A stretch of DNA of 64,000 nucleotides from Lama glama (Eukaryota). The DNA lies in assembly GCA_028534125.1 (NCBI GenBank), contig CM052817.1, positions 50,408,001-50,472,000 on the forward strand, in the 5' to 3' direction. Under the pieces are notes generated by a model. It ran no database searches, was not told the DNA's origin, and was given only the letters and a program-made list of their open reading frames with translations. Both the position numbers and the translations under genes were made by a program. Positions 13,088-25,735 of this stretch are shown here, in pieces (position 1 is the stretch's first letter; each line of letters begins with the position of its first letter).

Positions 13088-13181
13088 GGCAGAACTGTGG
13101 AGCAGTGAGGATCAATGCATGCTGTGGCATGTCACTGAATTTGTGGGCTTGTTTGTTTTATATCAGTAGCTGGTTGATACA
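13088..13181 (+). mobile_element. MLT1-type LTR 3' end fragment
   Basis: 'cactgaatttgtgggcttgtttgtt...cagtagctggttgataca' resembles an MLT1 terminus. Confidence 0.55.
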
Positions 13182-13649
13182 ATAATTTCACAATTCAAGC
13201 TATTATTTTTCAGAGTTTTCTTGAAGATAATCCTTAAAGTTATTTAACAATTTTTCTTCAAATTCTCTGTCATTATGTGAGGTGAACTCATCTAGATTTT
13301 CAACTTTTTAAATGGGACTGAGAAAAATGAAATGTAAAAAATGTGTGTTAGGTTGAGGCATTGAAAGGTAGTGAAAGGATATTTACCTTCAATAGCCATT
13401 GTCTTAAATATAACATCACCTTCTATATTTCTAAATTTTCATATTTAGATGCATGAAGTTATACTTTTTAATAAGATCCATTTTATATTATCATAGGAGT
13501 ATAAAGTTTATGATGTATTTGAATGAAGATAAATATTAAAATCAATGAATCATTGCTTAGGAATTAGAGTGGCATATGACAAATCAAAGCTCCTTTTACC
13601 AGAGTAAGAGCTAATAGAGCTCTTAATAAGGGCAAAGAAATCTTTGTTC

Positions 13650-13860
13650 TACAAATTGTGTTGTATGACTTATATGTTTAATCTCATTTAAGCCTTACAG
13701 GAGCCTGATAGACATTGGATTTGTTTATTCATAGTCATTTTACAGATGAAAAATTAATGTTTGGAGTTTCTTTGTAAGTTGTCCGAAGTCGCATAGCAAG
13801 TAAGCCAAAGAGGTAAGATTTGAATTCCGGTTGATACCAGTAATCACTTCAGCACTGCAG
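13650..13860 (-). mobile_element. MIR SINE
   Basis: Core 'cattttacagatgaaaaa...gtaagttgtccgaagtcgcatagcaagtaag'. Confidence 0.8.
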
Positions 13861-13869
13861 TCTGTAAAA

Positions 13870-14085
13870 TATTGTAGTAAAGAGCTCAATTTCTGGAGCC
13901 AAACCATCTCATTCTGAGTTCTGTCTTTATTTAATGCTTACTATTTCTGTGCATATTTTTCCTTTCTTAGAGGGAAAACAGTATAATTTACCTTATAGAA
14001 TTGTTGCATTATTAAATGTCATAATTCATGTTTAGCACATAAAACAGAGCACGGTAGGTAAAGGCATTCAAAAAATGTCAACCAT
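13870..14085 (+). mobile_element. MIR SINE
   Basis: 'tagtaaagagctcaatttctggagccaaac...taccttatagaattgttg...attaaatg'. Confidence 0.7.
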
Positions 14086-15779
14086 CGCCACCACCGTCAA
14101 CATCATCATCACTGCCACTTAATAGAATTTAGTGTTTATGGGAGCAACCCAACATTAAAATGGAAGGGCATTTGTAACAGGGCGAAGGATTGGTAATAAA
14201 GAGCATCTGATACTGTTTTTCTCCTACTGGCCTGAAATTTCATCTTACAAATAGCTGATGATAAGAGATTTCAAACTCTGTCTTCCAGTAAATGTGGCAG
14301 TTGTAATTAAATTGTTTAGAAAATCTCTTTTTTGTGCTCTTCTCTCTGTACTGCTGATCTAATCATCAGCATGTAGTGTCCTATTGGCAGGATTCCCATG
14401 TGTACTTGTAAGGGGAAGGTTATATGCTAATGGATGTTCACTGTGTAATGGGGGCATGGAGATATTCATTTCTTATGGCAGAGCTTGTTACCCAGGTTAT
14501 CGGTTCCTGTTTGTACTCTGTTTCTGCACGTCTCACCTCATGTAAAGGCTGAGTGGCGTACATACAGTCTCTCATTTTTGCCACTGCTGGGGGTTTGCGT
14601 GCTTTATTTCGTTTCCTAGTCTAACAAGTATTTTTCACTTCTCAATATTCCCTCAAATTCCTCTTATGGTTGAGTGAACCAGTTCATAGATTTAACATTT
14701 GTGGTTTTGATGAGTTATAGGAAACCTGGAAAGTTCGTGACTTGCAGTACTTGTAAGGCTGTGAGGTTCATGATTAAACTGTATGTCCTTGAGGCCAGTC
14801 TGAGGGGAAAAAAACAACATGAGGCTGTGAGTGAGCCTCATCAGCCACTCGGTCTCAGTATCTGCAGGGCTCTATTGTTTTCAGCTTGTCATCAGGTATG
14901 CAGAAGCCCTCATTAGAGGTCTGAAGGGGTTATTTAAATGCATCATTATGTTCAACAGATTTATGAAAAATTATATGCTGTGGTAACATTTATGCATGTG
15001 GGAATTTGCAAAGGTCTTTTGACATATCCCTTGTGAATGTTACATGTCTACGGCATATGTTAGATTAAACCAACTGTAGCTTGGCCTCCGCCTATTGGGG
15101 ATGATCCGGTTTTAAAATAAGATTCTCAGAAATTGATGGGCGACAGACTCAGGATTATTGTCCTTTCTAGACACTAAAATGGAGATCAAATTGTCAGTTC
15201 AATTCAACTGTATCCAGATATTTCACTTTTAAAGTCTTAAAGGAGTTTGTAGCTTGAAGTGTTGGAAGCTAAGGCATTAAGGAGAAGAAACAATGCTGTG
15301 TGTGAGTCAACTGGATTACATTTGTATAACAGGCAGTCAGAAACTGTAGATGAAAACTTTTGTGAGCACCTACTTTATGTCAGCCATTGTGCTTAATGCT
15401 GTCACTATTACCTCACTGGATTCTTCATACCATTTTACAAAAAGGTTAGTATGTATTGGGGGGTGGTTTGAACGGTATGCCTGAATAATTAATTAATCTA
15501 GACAAGTTATCACTTTACTGGGGCCCCCACATCTCAATGTAGAATTTTAATTAATTAAGCTTTAGTTTATTGAGACTTCATTTCTAAGCTCTAGAACCAG
15601 ATTACTGGTATACCTAATGTTTTGTTTAGTCTGTTTCTACTCCAAAGTTTATACTACAGTCTTGCATCTCAACATTTGAATGTAGTTAAAAGTTGTATAT
15701 ACAATGCTTAATTGCATAAATTAAAAAAAATTGTTCACTGTCTTTGCCCACTTCCATGTGTATAGTGTAATTTCTCTAC

Positions 15780-16160
15780 CTTGGTTCTGGGTGTAGCCAA
15801 ATAACTTGTTTGACCAATAGTGTGTTGGCAGATTTGACACAGGCGAGGCCCCTGACTGATTAGATGTGCTCTCTTGAGCTTTTGCCTTTGCTATGAGATG
15901 AAAAAGACAGGGCCCACCTGCTGGTCCCAGGGGAAGGGTTACATGGAGCAGAGCTGGTCCATCACAGCCCAAGTCAGAGCCCCACCCAGGATCCCCCTCA
16001 GGTATGGAATATAACCCAGGTAAAATCAGAAGGGCTTCTGAGCCCACCCTGCATCAGCATCAGTCTACTCATAGATCTGTGAGAATAAAGGATTGTTGTT
16101 TTAAGTCAAATTTAGAGGAAGTTAGCAACATAACAATTTTGTGGCAGTAGCTAATGGATA
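15780..16160 (+). mobile_element. MLT1H-like MaLR LTR
   Basis: 'ttgtttgaccaatag...ggagcagagc...gtgagaataaaggattgttgttttaag...ttgtggcagtagctaatggata'. Confidence 0.65.
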
Positions 16161-16260
16161 TGTAAGCTATTAAGAAACCAAAGTGGTATAAGAGATACAG
16201 AAACTATTTGTTTAGCACATTTCTTTTTTTTAAACCCCGTGTTATGGACTGTAAACCCTG

Positions 16261-16635
16261 TGTTATGGATTGTGTCCCCGTAAAATTTCTGTGTTGAAGT
16301 GCTAACTTCCAATGTGACTGTATTTAGAGAGAGATAATTATATCAAATGAGATCATAAGGATGGGATCCTAATCCTAGTGTCCCTATTAGAAAGTTATTT
16401 CTCTCTTTCCACGCACACGTCCACCACTCCCCCCTGCATGTATAATAGACCATATGAGGACACAGCAAGAAGAAAGTCGTGTATAATCCAGGAAGAGATG
16501 TCTCACCAGAAACCAACCCTAACAAAACCTTGATCTTAGACTTCTAGTCTCCAAAACTGTGAGAAAGTAAATTTCTGTTGTTTAAGCCACCCAATCTGAG
16601 ACATTTTGTTATGGCAGCCTCAGCAGACTAATATA
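16261..16635 (+). mobile_element. MLT1A/B-like MaLR solo LTR
   Basis: 'tgttatggattgtgtcccc...cttgatcttagacttctagtctccaaaactgtgagaaagtaaatttctgttgtttaagccacc...gcagactaatata'. Confidence 0.88.
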
Positions 16636-17829
16636 TCCTCTTATAAATTGCTACCTCCTAATAAATTTGGCCTGAACATTGTCCTCAAACTTGAATAAAT
16701 TGACAGCAACATATCCTTGATGGTGAAATAAAATACTGCCTGGATTTTGATATATGCTTGGGGAAGAGTAAAGGGGTGAGTGACTGGAAAGGGGGAAAGA
16801 TATTTTATTTCAAATTTCTTTTCTGAGAGAGGCCAGTATCACTTTATTATAAGCCCAAGAAATTGAGGTACCAGATCCATTTCCAAAGTCCTTGCACTTT
16901 ACACTAAAAATAGGCCAATATTTATTTGGTATCTATCATATGTCACACATGGGTTACTGTGCTAAACATGAGCTGAAGGGCAGGGGTGGAGCAAGAATGA
17001 ATAAAAAGATGCATAATATAATGTGTATATTGAATGTGAGTCTCATTTACTACTCCTTCCTAAATGAGGAGTAAGTTGAACTCTTTAGCCACTTAGAAGT
17101 TAGAGGCAAAATTTCCATCTTAGGACCCTGTTTTTTGGATTGTTATCTTTTTGGAGTCTCAATTTTTATTCTCTAAGGAGACATTTGGATTGAATCTCTT
17201 GAGAAGCATGCTAATCCTTGAGATACCTCAGGCTCTTTCATCATATTCCTAAATTGAATTTAGAAACTTTTCCTATGAATTTAGAAAATTTCCCTATACT
17301 GCTTTAATATCTTCTTTCATTCATCATTTCCATCTTTTACTATTTCTGAACAGGAGATACTTTTATCCATTTATAGCTGCTGTTCTTCACATTTGAAAGA
17401 TTATATTCATTCTGCTTGGGCTTTGTTTTCCTGTAACATTCACTGCCGGGCTGAACTAACTGGTATTCCATTTGTGTGCGTGTGCTGTTCTTTTTTACCT
17501 CCTTTCTAATCTAGAGGCATCTTCTATCAAATGCACCTTAAAGGAAGATCTCAAGGCTCCTTTTGATTTTCAGAGAGTTTCCTATGTCTGTGGGAGGACA
17601 GATTTTCACTCTTGAAGTCTTCCTACCTTTTCTAGCTACATTGTTAATATTGCAGTCTCTTTGATCATCATACTTCTCCATTTCTTCCTCATTTTTTTTG
17701 TTTTTGCATAATCCTTTATTTTCCCCTGTGGAATTTTAAATCATGGTTTTATAACTCCCTTGGGACAACATAACTCCTGCCTAACAATACCCCTTGCCTC
17801 CAGTTTTTCAAACAGGCTATAAAGTGTGT

Positions 17830-18170
17830 TCTCATCACTTGGCTGTCAGCTCACACATCACTTCCTCGGACAGGCCTTCCTTACCTCTCCTGTCCAAGTG
17901 TTTTTCTCCCCATCCAAGGATTCCCTCTCCCTTATCTGCCTTCTCTATCTCATTAGCCTCTTTTTATTGTCTTCAAAGTGCTTTGTTGGAATGATTTTCT
18001 TTGCTTATTATTTTGCTTTATTATTCATTTTACTTATATAAATGTAAACTTAATGAGAACAATAATCTTTTTCTTGCTTATTTGCCGTACACCCTGAGGG
18101 TAAAATAATTCTTGGCATATTCTGAATAGCCAATAGATACTTGTTGAATAAATGAATGAATGAATGAATA
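17830..18170 (+). mobile_element. LINE-2 3' end
   Basis: Ends in the L2 tail 'ttgttgaataaatgaatgaatgaatgaa'. Confidence 0.8.
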
Positions 18171-18639
18171 GATGGAAAGACTGTCCTTCCATGAAATAAC
18201 AGAATGAATTATCTGTGGAGATTTTTCTAGTTACTTATTTCTAAAAATGTTTCCTTTCTTTCACATTCATATGCTAAGTATATCAAAACTTGAGCTCAGA
18301 CTGAAACTCGTGTTATTCTACTGGTGAATCTCCCCAGTAAATTCTTAAGCATGTACTGTGTCATACATTCTACTAGAATATTGCAGTGTTTGCAAATGAT
18401 GATTTTATATCTAAATGCCTGACATTCTAATAATTCCTTTATGCATTATTTATCTTATTTATTTTCAAGGGATTTTTTTCTTGTTATGGAAGTAAATAAT
18501 ATTAGGTGACTGATAATTTTTTTCTTTTTGAAGACTAGTAACCTCCCTTCACTAGACATCCTGAGACAACATATAAGAAGAGGAAATACATTAGAGTACT
18601 TACCCAAAATAGATTCTGAAAACTAAGCAAACAATAGTG

Positions 18640-19100
18640 ATATTTATTACCAATAACAGTGCACTTTCTTTGTATATTATTTTATGATTCCACTTATAAG
18701 CCCACTATTTTATTTTATCTTCTTAATACTCTTATGATGTGGCTAATGAAAGATGGTCTTCCTTTTCCTGAGGGTGAGATGAAGGCACTTGAGTTAAGTG
18801 ATTAAGACTGTTATTAAGAGTCCCCAACTTTTCATCCAGGACATTTCCATTCCTATCATCAAGTATTAGATTTTTGACACATAATTTGATTTAGCATAAT
18901 ATAGAAACATCATTTCTCTAGCTGTAAATACATTTCTGTCTCAGGAGAGGTCCTTAACATTTAAAACGGTGGAGTGGAAAGTATTCATGACTAGGAATCA
19001 GGAGTCCAAGGTCCACCTCTAGTATATTATTAGTTAGTTGGTTGTTCTTAAGAAAAACAATTCATTCTTTGGCCTTTGTTTTGTCCTGTGTATAATATTT
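18640..19100. mobile_element. Two decayed MIR copies (- strand ~18640-18840, + strand ~18965-19100)
   Basis: 'gagttaagtgattaag' on the antisense copy and 'gtggagtggaaagtattcatgactaggaatcagga' on the sense copy. Confidence 0.55.
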
Positions 19101-19111
19101 TAGATTACATT

Positions 19112-19428
19112 AGCACTTTTTTTCTAAACATTACTTAACGGAACCACTTGATAGGTGTACTGTTAGAGAAAAATAATCTCCAGTCACAAAAGCTTGGGAA
19201 ATAAAGCAGTCTGTATTTTCTTCATTGAAATTCACAACATATTGTAGCATATTAAAGGTTTTAAGTTCTGGAGTTTAAAAAATACAGAGAAGAAAAGAAA
19301 AAAAGAAAAATGTTGCTGAGCTTTATTTACCCAAATGATTCTCAGACTTATTTGATTAGTTATAGAATTTCTTCTTTGGGAGAAATGTACCCCAGAAATA
19401 ATTCTCTGAACCAGTCAAGCTGGGAAAG
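19112..19428. mobile_element. Charlie4z-like hAT DNA transposon remnant
   Basis: 'agcttgggaaat...ttgaaattcacaac...agcatattaaagg...cagacttatttga' matches my recall of Charlie4z. Confidence 0.55.
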
Positions 19429-21239
19429 TCTGAGTATCTTCTAGTTCTGAAAGCCTATAAATCTTTTATGGACTATAATTTAATAAGCTTGTTGGCTCTA
19501 TTTTATACTAAAGATTGATCTGTTAAGAAACACTTGTGTGGATTCTCATAAAAAGATTAAATGCTTTTTGAAACATGTTCTTGAGTATAGTATAAAGTAG
19601 CCCAAACCATATTAAATTCCAACATTTGTGAGATTGTTAGAATAATTTCTTACTCTGTTGAGGGATGTGCGATGTGCCCTTGGCCTAGCTTCAGGCTACT
19701 ACATGAACCCTTTTCCCTTGACCTATAATAAAATCTCTTTTTTTGGTTTTCACTATTCAAATTTGAGGCCACCCTGGGGCTTCAGTCAATTGACAGGCTG
19801 TAAAATATTGTTGTCCTAGAGCAAGTCATAGGTTCTTACTGTGTTTTTCTCATTAGTGACTGAAAAAAAAGAGACTTTTAATGTGGGCATGTGCTGGATG
19901 TTTGAACCATTTGAACCATTGATTGTTGGAACTCAGTGAAGATTTTTCTTTTCTTTCCTCTAGCTAGGAGTACTTTTCACTGACAGTCAAGACAAAGAGA
20001 AAGATGGAAGGAAGATGAGGAGGGAGGGAGGAAAGGAGGGAGAAGTCTGTGTCTTAGCAAATAATCCTTCAGCAATTTACGACTGTGAGAGATGGAACTA
20101 AGGTTTTGCAGAATGAGTTGGAATTGCTGGGATCAAACTTCAGTTCTGCCATTAAAATTGTGGCCAATAGGAAAAACAATATTTTGGGGCTTGGAAAAGG
20201 AAATGTGAAAAATAAAGTAAAAATTTATTGATTTATTATTAAGTATGGGACTTTGAGCAAAATAGCCTTGATACTTTACCTTTAAAATGATGATAGTGAT
20301 GCAATTAATAGTCTGTTAGTAATCTATTGAGCAGGCCCTATATTAAGTAATTTAAAAAGCATTATCTTAATGTATCTACACAACATATGACTAAGGCTTG
20401 TAGGGTTACACAATTTCTCCGGATCAGACATAGAACCCAACTCAAAAGTGAAGTCTTTCGCACTGTTTATACTGCTTCTATGTCAGGAATACAGTGCACA
20501 TATCTGTTTCATGAGACAAAACTTTTAATTCTCAACAGAAATTGGACATTTGTCATAATTTCCTAGAACACAAAGTTGGTATCTAACCAGTTGGAGATAT
20601 TGATGTTAATGCTTATGACTTAGCTGATGCATTTAACCAACATCAGCTCTCTGAAGGGAAATTACAGATTGTACAATTACCTGTTTCCTATACGTAGAAA
20701 GTCTCAAGTCAAGTACCAAAAACTAATCATTTCCTGAAGAGTGTTTCCAAGGAGACACTTCCTCATAGTTAAAGTTAAATAATAAATAATCAGGCTTCAG
20801 ACAAACCAGAGCATTCCTAGACCACAGGAAACAGAAAGTCTTTTGGACTTAGTTAAGCTAAATTATGACAAATTAGTCTTATTCTTAAAAAAAATCTTTT
20901 AAGGAGTCTAGTTCCATATTAACTTCTGATCTCATCAATATTTAAGAAACTGTCATTTAAGTTTCATCATGATACATACTTGTGTTTCTGAATCTGCTGC
21001 ATTTCGACAGGTGACCTGATGTAAAGATTGGAGGAGGGATTAATGAAAGAACTGGAGGAATTGGGCCTATCTGGCCCTTCCTCTTTCTGTGATCCAAATA
21101 ATACATAGCCTAGGGACCCACTGTGGCTTTGCTTCTCTGCATCTAACATTTAAGCGAATTCCCTTGATTTAAAGAGTAGTGATATCATTGGGTTAAATGA
21201 TACCAATATGTATACAAATACAAGTATTAGCTGCAATTT

Positions 21240-21420
21240 ATGGATCTCTAATTATTTTCTAAGCATATTTTGAGCACTTGAGACTTAATATCCTGCTTAA
21301 TATTCACTGGATCTTTATGATTTAGGTGCCATTATTATGCACATTTTATTGCTGAGGAAATGGGAGGTTTTAGAGATCTAAGGTACATATCCCAGGCATA
21401 TGCTAGTACCATCTCTAGGT
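21240..21420 (-). mobile_element. MIR SINE
   Basis: 'taggtgccattattatgcacattttattgctgaggaaatgggaggttttagaga'. Confidence 0.7.
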
Positions 21421-22709
21421 AATACGGTTCTATCTGGATATTTATTCAGATAATCCAATGTTGTTACTCTAACTTCTTCCTCACTTTGCTTTGTATATTG
21501 TCAAAAGTCCTTTCTAGTCTGTAGGAGCAGAACTTCATGGGAGTGCGAGGCATTTGAGAGTGAGTATAATGTGAGGTTCATGAACTGTTCAGTTTCTTCC
21601 TAGTTGAGAATTTACCCCATCTATGAAATGGGATAAAAGAAGATAATGTTCTTTCAAGTTTGTGGAAGAAGATTTGGCATCCATGGGTATTTTCCAATTA
21701 AAATATGTAGAAGTAGCCAAATTAATTCACACACACAGATACAGACGTGAATATTTTGTCTTTTATTTTTCCTCATGTTAACTATATCTCTTTGTGTGGC
21801 ATAAAGGCTTGTCTCTAAATTCACACCTTGAACATGATTTTCAATCTTCCCTTGCCTCCTCCTTCAATTGATATTCTGTAACAAAGGATTTCTTTCCCCA
21901 AGACAGATTTCTGTTTCTAGTATTGCTAATTATATTTTTTAAAATTTCAGTTTGATCTAACTCTGTTACTTTTAACAAAATATTAACTGCTGCTATGTAT
22001 GTATGCTTATTACCTATTTTAATTGTGAGGTTTTTTTTTTAGTCATTGATGGTATTTCATATGTATTTTGGAGAGCTGGGAAATTACAGTAAAGAAGCAG
22101 GAAGGGCATTTCTAATCTATGTGCAGGTGTCACTGGCTAACTGATTTAAAAAATTTTTTTCCTTTCTATCATGGACTATGTGTACTTAGTTTAAAATACA
22201 ATAGTTTAATAATTAAAGATAGTCACATGCTTCACCCAAGACATCCCACCCCAGAGGTAAGAATGTCCAACACTTTTAACTAAATCTTCTAGCATTTACA
22301 CCCATATTTCTAATAATCTAAATATACTGCTATTTCTTGACTTAAGTTTTGACATTATCTAATGATTTTTCTGCTGTGCTAGATGAATATTTGTGTTCAG
22401 AGGCCACTCACTTTCAATTAAACTCACAAGCACTTCTATAATGCCTATCCTTACCACATGATCATGTCATATTTCTTGGTTTAATGAAATAATATTAAGT
22501 ATTTACATCATTATGGGTATGTAACATTGTTATTTCCAAACAAAATACCAAAGTACCATATTATAAATATATTTGCTTTCTTTTGAAATGTTTTTTAAAC
22601 CTAGAATTAAACATTGCCTCTTTTGGTTTGTTTTCTTCTCTGTGTATCCATTACTTACACTCCATCAACACTCTTGACAAGTTATGAAATGGCCTTCCTT
22701 GCCTTGAAG

Positions 22710-23940
22710 CAATGATATGCTGCTAGCAATGAGCACGCTCAGCACACACAGATCCTGTTTTCTAAATACTGTTTTCCAATAAAAGGAATCTGTGTTCCTT
22801 GGAGAAATGACTGACTCTCAGGCTGGGGCAGGGCAAATATTAGTTTAGCCAGGAGCATCTTGTAGTACCAGAAAGAAGTGACGTGCTTTAAAAGGGGAAG
22901 GATGGAGTCATATCAAAGAGACACAGGAGAACAAATGGGACCTAATTAAACTTAGAAGCTTTTGCACAGCAAAGGAAACCATAAGCAAAACAAAATGACA
23001 ACCTATGGAATGGGAGAAATTATTTGCAAATGATATGGCTGACAAGGACTTAATTTCCCAAATATATAAACAGCTCATACAACTTAATACCAAAAAAACA
23101 AACAAACCAATCCAAAAATGGGCAGAAGACCTAAACAAGCAGTTCTCTGATGAAGACATACAAATGGCCAATAGGCACATGAAAAAATGCTCAATACTAC
23201 TAATTATCCAGAGAAATGCAAATCAAAACTACAATGAGGTATCACCTCACAACAGTCAGAATGGCCATCATTCAAAAGTCTACACACGATAAATGCTGGA
23301 GAGGGTGTGGAGAAAAGGGAACCCTCCTACACTATTGGTGGGAATATAGTTTGGTCCAGCCATTACGGAAAGCAGTATGGAGATTGCTCAAAAAACTAAA
23401 AATAGACTTGCCATATGATCCAGCAGCCCCACTCCTGGGCGTATATTTGAAGGGAACTCCAGTTGAAAAGATACATGGAAACACATCTTCTTTATAGAAA
23501 AATTCAAATGATATAGGTAGATAGTTACCCCCTTTAGGAGATGGAGTTTAATCCCAGTCTAATCATGAGAAAAACATCAGAGAAATCCAGATACTGGGCT
23601 AACACATCTTAAGACTGTCACATGAAAAACTTAGAGTCTGGGAAATTGTCAAAGATAGGAGGAGACTGGGAAGACGTAACAACTCAGCCTGGATTGGATT
23701 CTGAAGGAGACAGAAGATACAAGTGGAAAAACTGGTGAAATCTAATAGAAGTCTGGACTTAATTTTTTTGTAAAATACTAATGTCAGTTTCTTATTTTTG
23801 GCAAATGCACAGTGGTAATTCAAGATGTTAACCATGGAGAAACTAATTGAGGGATATACAGGGAACTTTTGGATTACCTTTGCAAACTTTTTTATAACTC
23901 TAAAATTGTTCCTAAATATTAAGTTAATTAAAAAATAAAG
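22710..23940 (+). mobile_element. L1MC3/4-like 3' UTR, interrupted at 22930-23477 by a younger L1 piece
   Basis: 'ctagcaatgagcac...ccaataaaaggaatc...ccttggagaaatgactgactc...gacacaggag', resuming after the insert as 'gaaacacatcttctttatagaaaaattcaaa' and ending in an A-rich tail. Confidence 0.8.
22930..23477 (+). mobile_element. Younger L1 ORF2 C-terminal fragment (Cys-rich region), no 3' UTR or poly(A)
   Basis: ORFs 23005..23292 ([23 protein letters not shown]) and 23216..23497 ([12 protein letters not shown]...[13 protein letters not shown]...[11 protein letters not shown]) are clear L1 ORF2. Confidence 0.96.
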
Positions 23941-23959
23941 AATGCGTCTCACTAAGGCC

Positions 23960-25735
23960 AAACGTATTAGATAATCTACCAGTAGCTTTTTTTCCCCTTT
24001 CATTTGGAGACATTTTACTGGTGCCCTTTATGCTTCTGGCCCAGTGGAGACTGCTATCTTGTCTGTTGTACAGTCATCAACATGTCATTTTCCTCTCCCA
24101 TCCTGGGTATTCCATTCACTCTCCAGTCATATAGAACCATTATTTTCTGCTTCCCTTGCACTTTTTCATATGCCTCCAGCCACCATTTTTGGAATAGCTA
24201 TTTTAGGAATAGTACAAGAAGGGTAAAATTTTTGAGCATTTGTCTAAAACTGTCTTTATTCTACCTTACAGCTTGATTAATTATTTGGAGGGAATTTTAG
24301 GATGGAGAACTTGTGAGAAAATCAACATCAACTTTAATTCTGTATCTTTGCTTGTAACTTCATTTATTTTCTTCTCCCTCTTCCTCCTACTTCTCCTTTT
24401 CCTCTTCCTCCTCCTTATTTTCCTTGGAAACCTTTAGGATGTCTTTATCTCTAGATCTCAGAAACCTATGTTGATATGTTTTGATGAGTTATTTTTCTTT
24501 AGTTATGATGATAACTAGTAAGTGTCTTTGAGTTTAGAGAAATGTTATTTTATTTTTTTAAACACATTTCTCCTGCATTTCATTTTTACCCTTTTACCTC
24601 TAGAACTTTCATTGGTCAGCAGTTGAACTTCCCAGATCGTCTAATTGTTTTCTTTAATTTTTTCTTTCATACTCGTTTTTGAGATATTTCTCAACTTTGT
24701 CTTCCAAAATTTCAGCTGGAAAGTTTAACTGTCATAGTTATATATCCAAAAGGTTTCTCTTTTTTTCTAATTGTCCTTTTTAAAAATAGCGTCCTGTTCT
24801 TTATTCATGGAGCAGTATCTTCAAGGATATTAATTAGTGTTCGTCTCTATTTTGTTTTTTAATTTTCTAACATTGATGTTGAAGGCTTTCATCAATTGTT
24901 TCGTGATTTTTGACTATCTGTTCGTATTTAAGATTGAAGCCCTAAAAGCTGGACACTCTAGTGTCTGGGCAGAATTAGTTTTCTGTTAGACTTCACTGTG
25001 GAGTGATCTGGCAGAATCACAAGTTAATTGGGGATGTCCAAATTTCACTGTCAGTATATATTTTCTTTTGGGCTGGATTGTTTGTCCAAGAAACATTCTT
25101 CAGTTACAATCCTGGGGAGTATAATCTGGCTGCCAAAGTCTTGGACTGTGTAGGAGAAATCGTAAACTTCTAAGGAGTCTTCTGTTTTGCAGTATTAAAT
25201 TGTGGTCCTGTTCTCAAATGTTACTGAGGTATTCATCCTTTGGTCCAGAGCCTAATATTTTCAAGTCCTCCAAATATTATATCAAAGTTCAGAGGAGTAG
25301 TCTTGTGAATGGTTAGGGTTGGGAAGGAAATTAGAAGGTCTAACTGCTCCTTGAAACTGACTTTCAAATACTCCTTTTATTTTTAGTCTTACCGTGATCC
25401 CCACATTCCGAGGTGTTGATGTCCCCTATTCCTAAGTCTTTCTGGGTTTCTAATGCATAAATTGGCTAATTCTCTCCTGCATAGGCTTAAGAAGCTTTCT
25501 ATTTTCTTAGGTTTTAAATTTTTGTTTTAATAATTATTTACCTCTCATCTACCTGGTTTTCATCTTTCCAACACTTGTTGACATTTTGGGGCTGTTGTAT
25601 ATAAACATGTTTCTGTTCCTGAGTCCTCCTGGTGTTCTTTCTTCTTCTTCCTTTTCTCCTCCCTATCATTTAGTGGCCTTACAGAGAGAGGAGAAAGTGA
25701 TGCATGCAGTTAATCTACAGTATTATCTGGAAACC
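23960..25735 (-). mobile_element. Old L1 (L1ME-type) ORF1/5' region, antisense; ~22150-22690 may belong to the same copy
   Basis: T-rich tract with 'ttttgagcatttgtctaaaactgtctttattctacctt', typical of antisense old L1 ORF1. Confidence 0.6.

Noticed and set aside
18598..18625. Minus-strand 12-nt microexon-like pattern (ttttcag|AATCTATTTTGG|gtaagt)
   Set aside because: The pyrimidine tract is short and it is on the opposite strand to the other candidates. It shows that such patterns arise by chance.
23599..24003. 134-aa minus-strand ORF
   Set aside because: It lies antisense to an L1MC 3' UTR and is a chance ORF.
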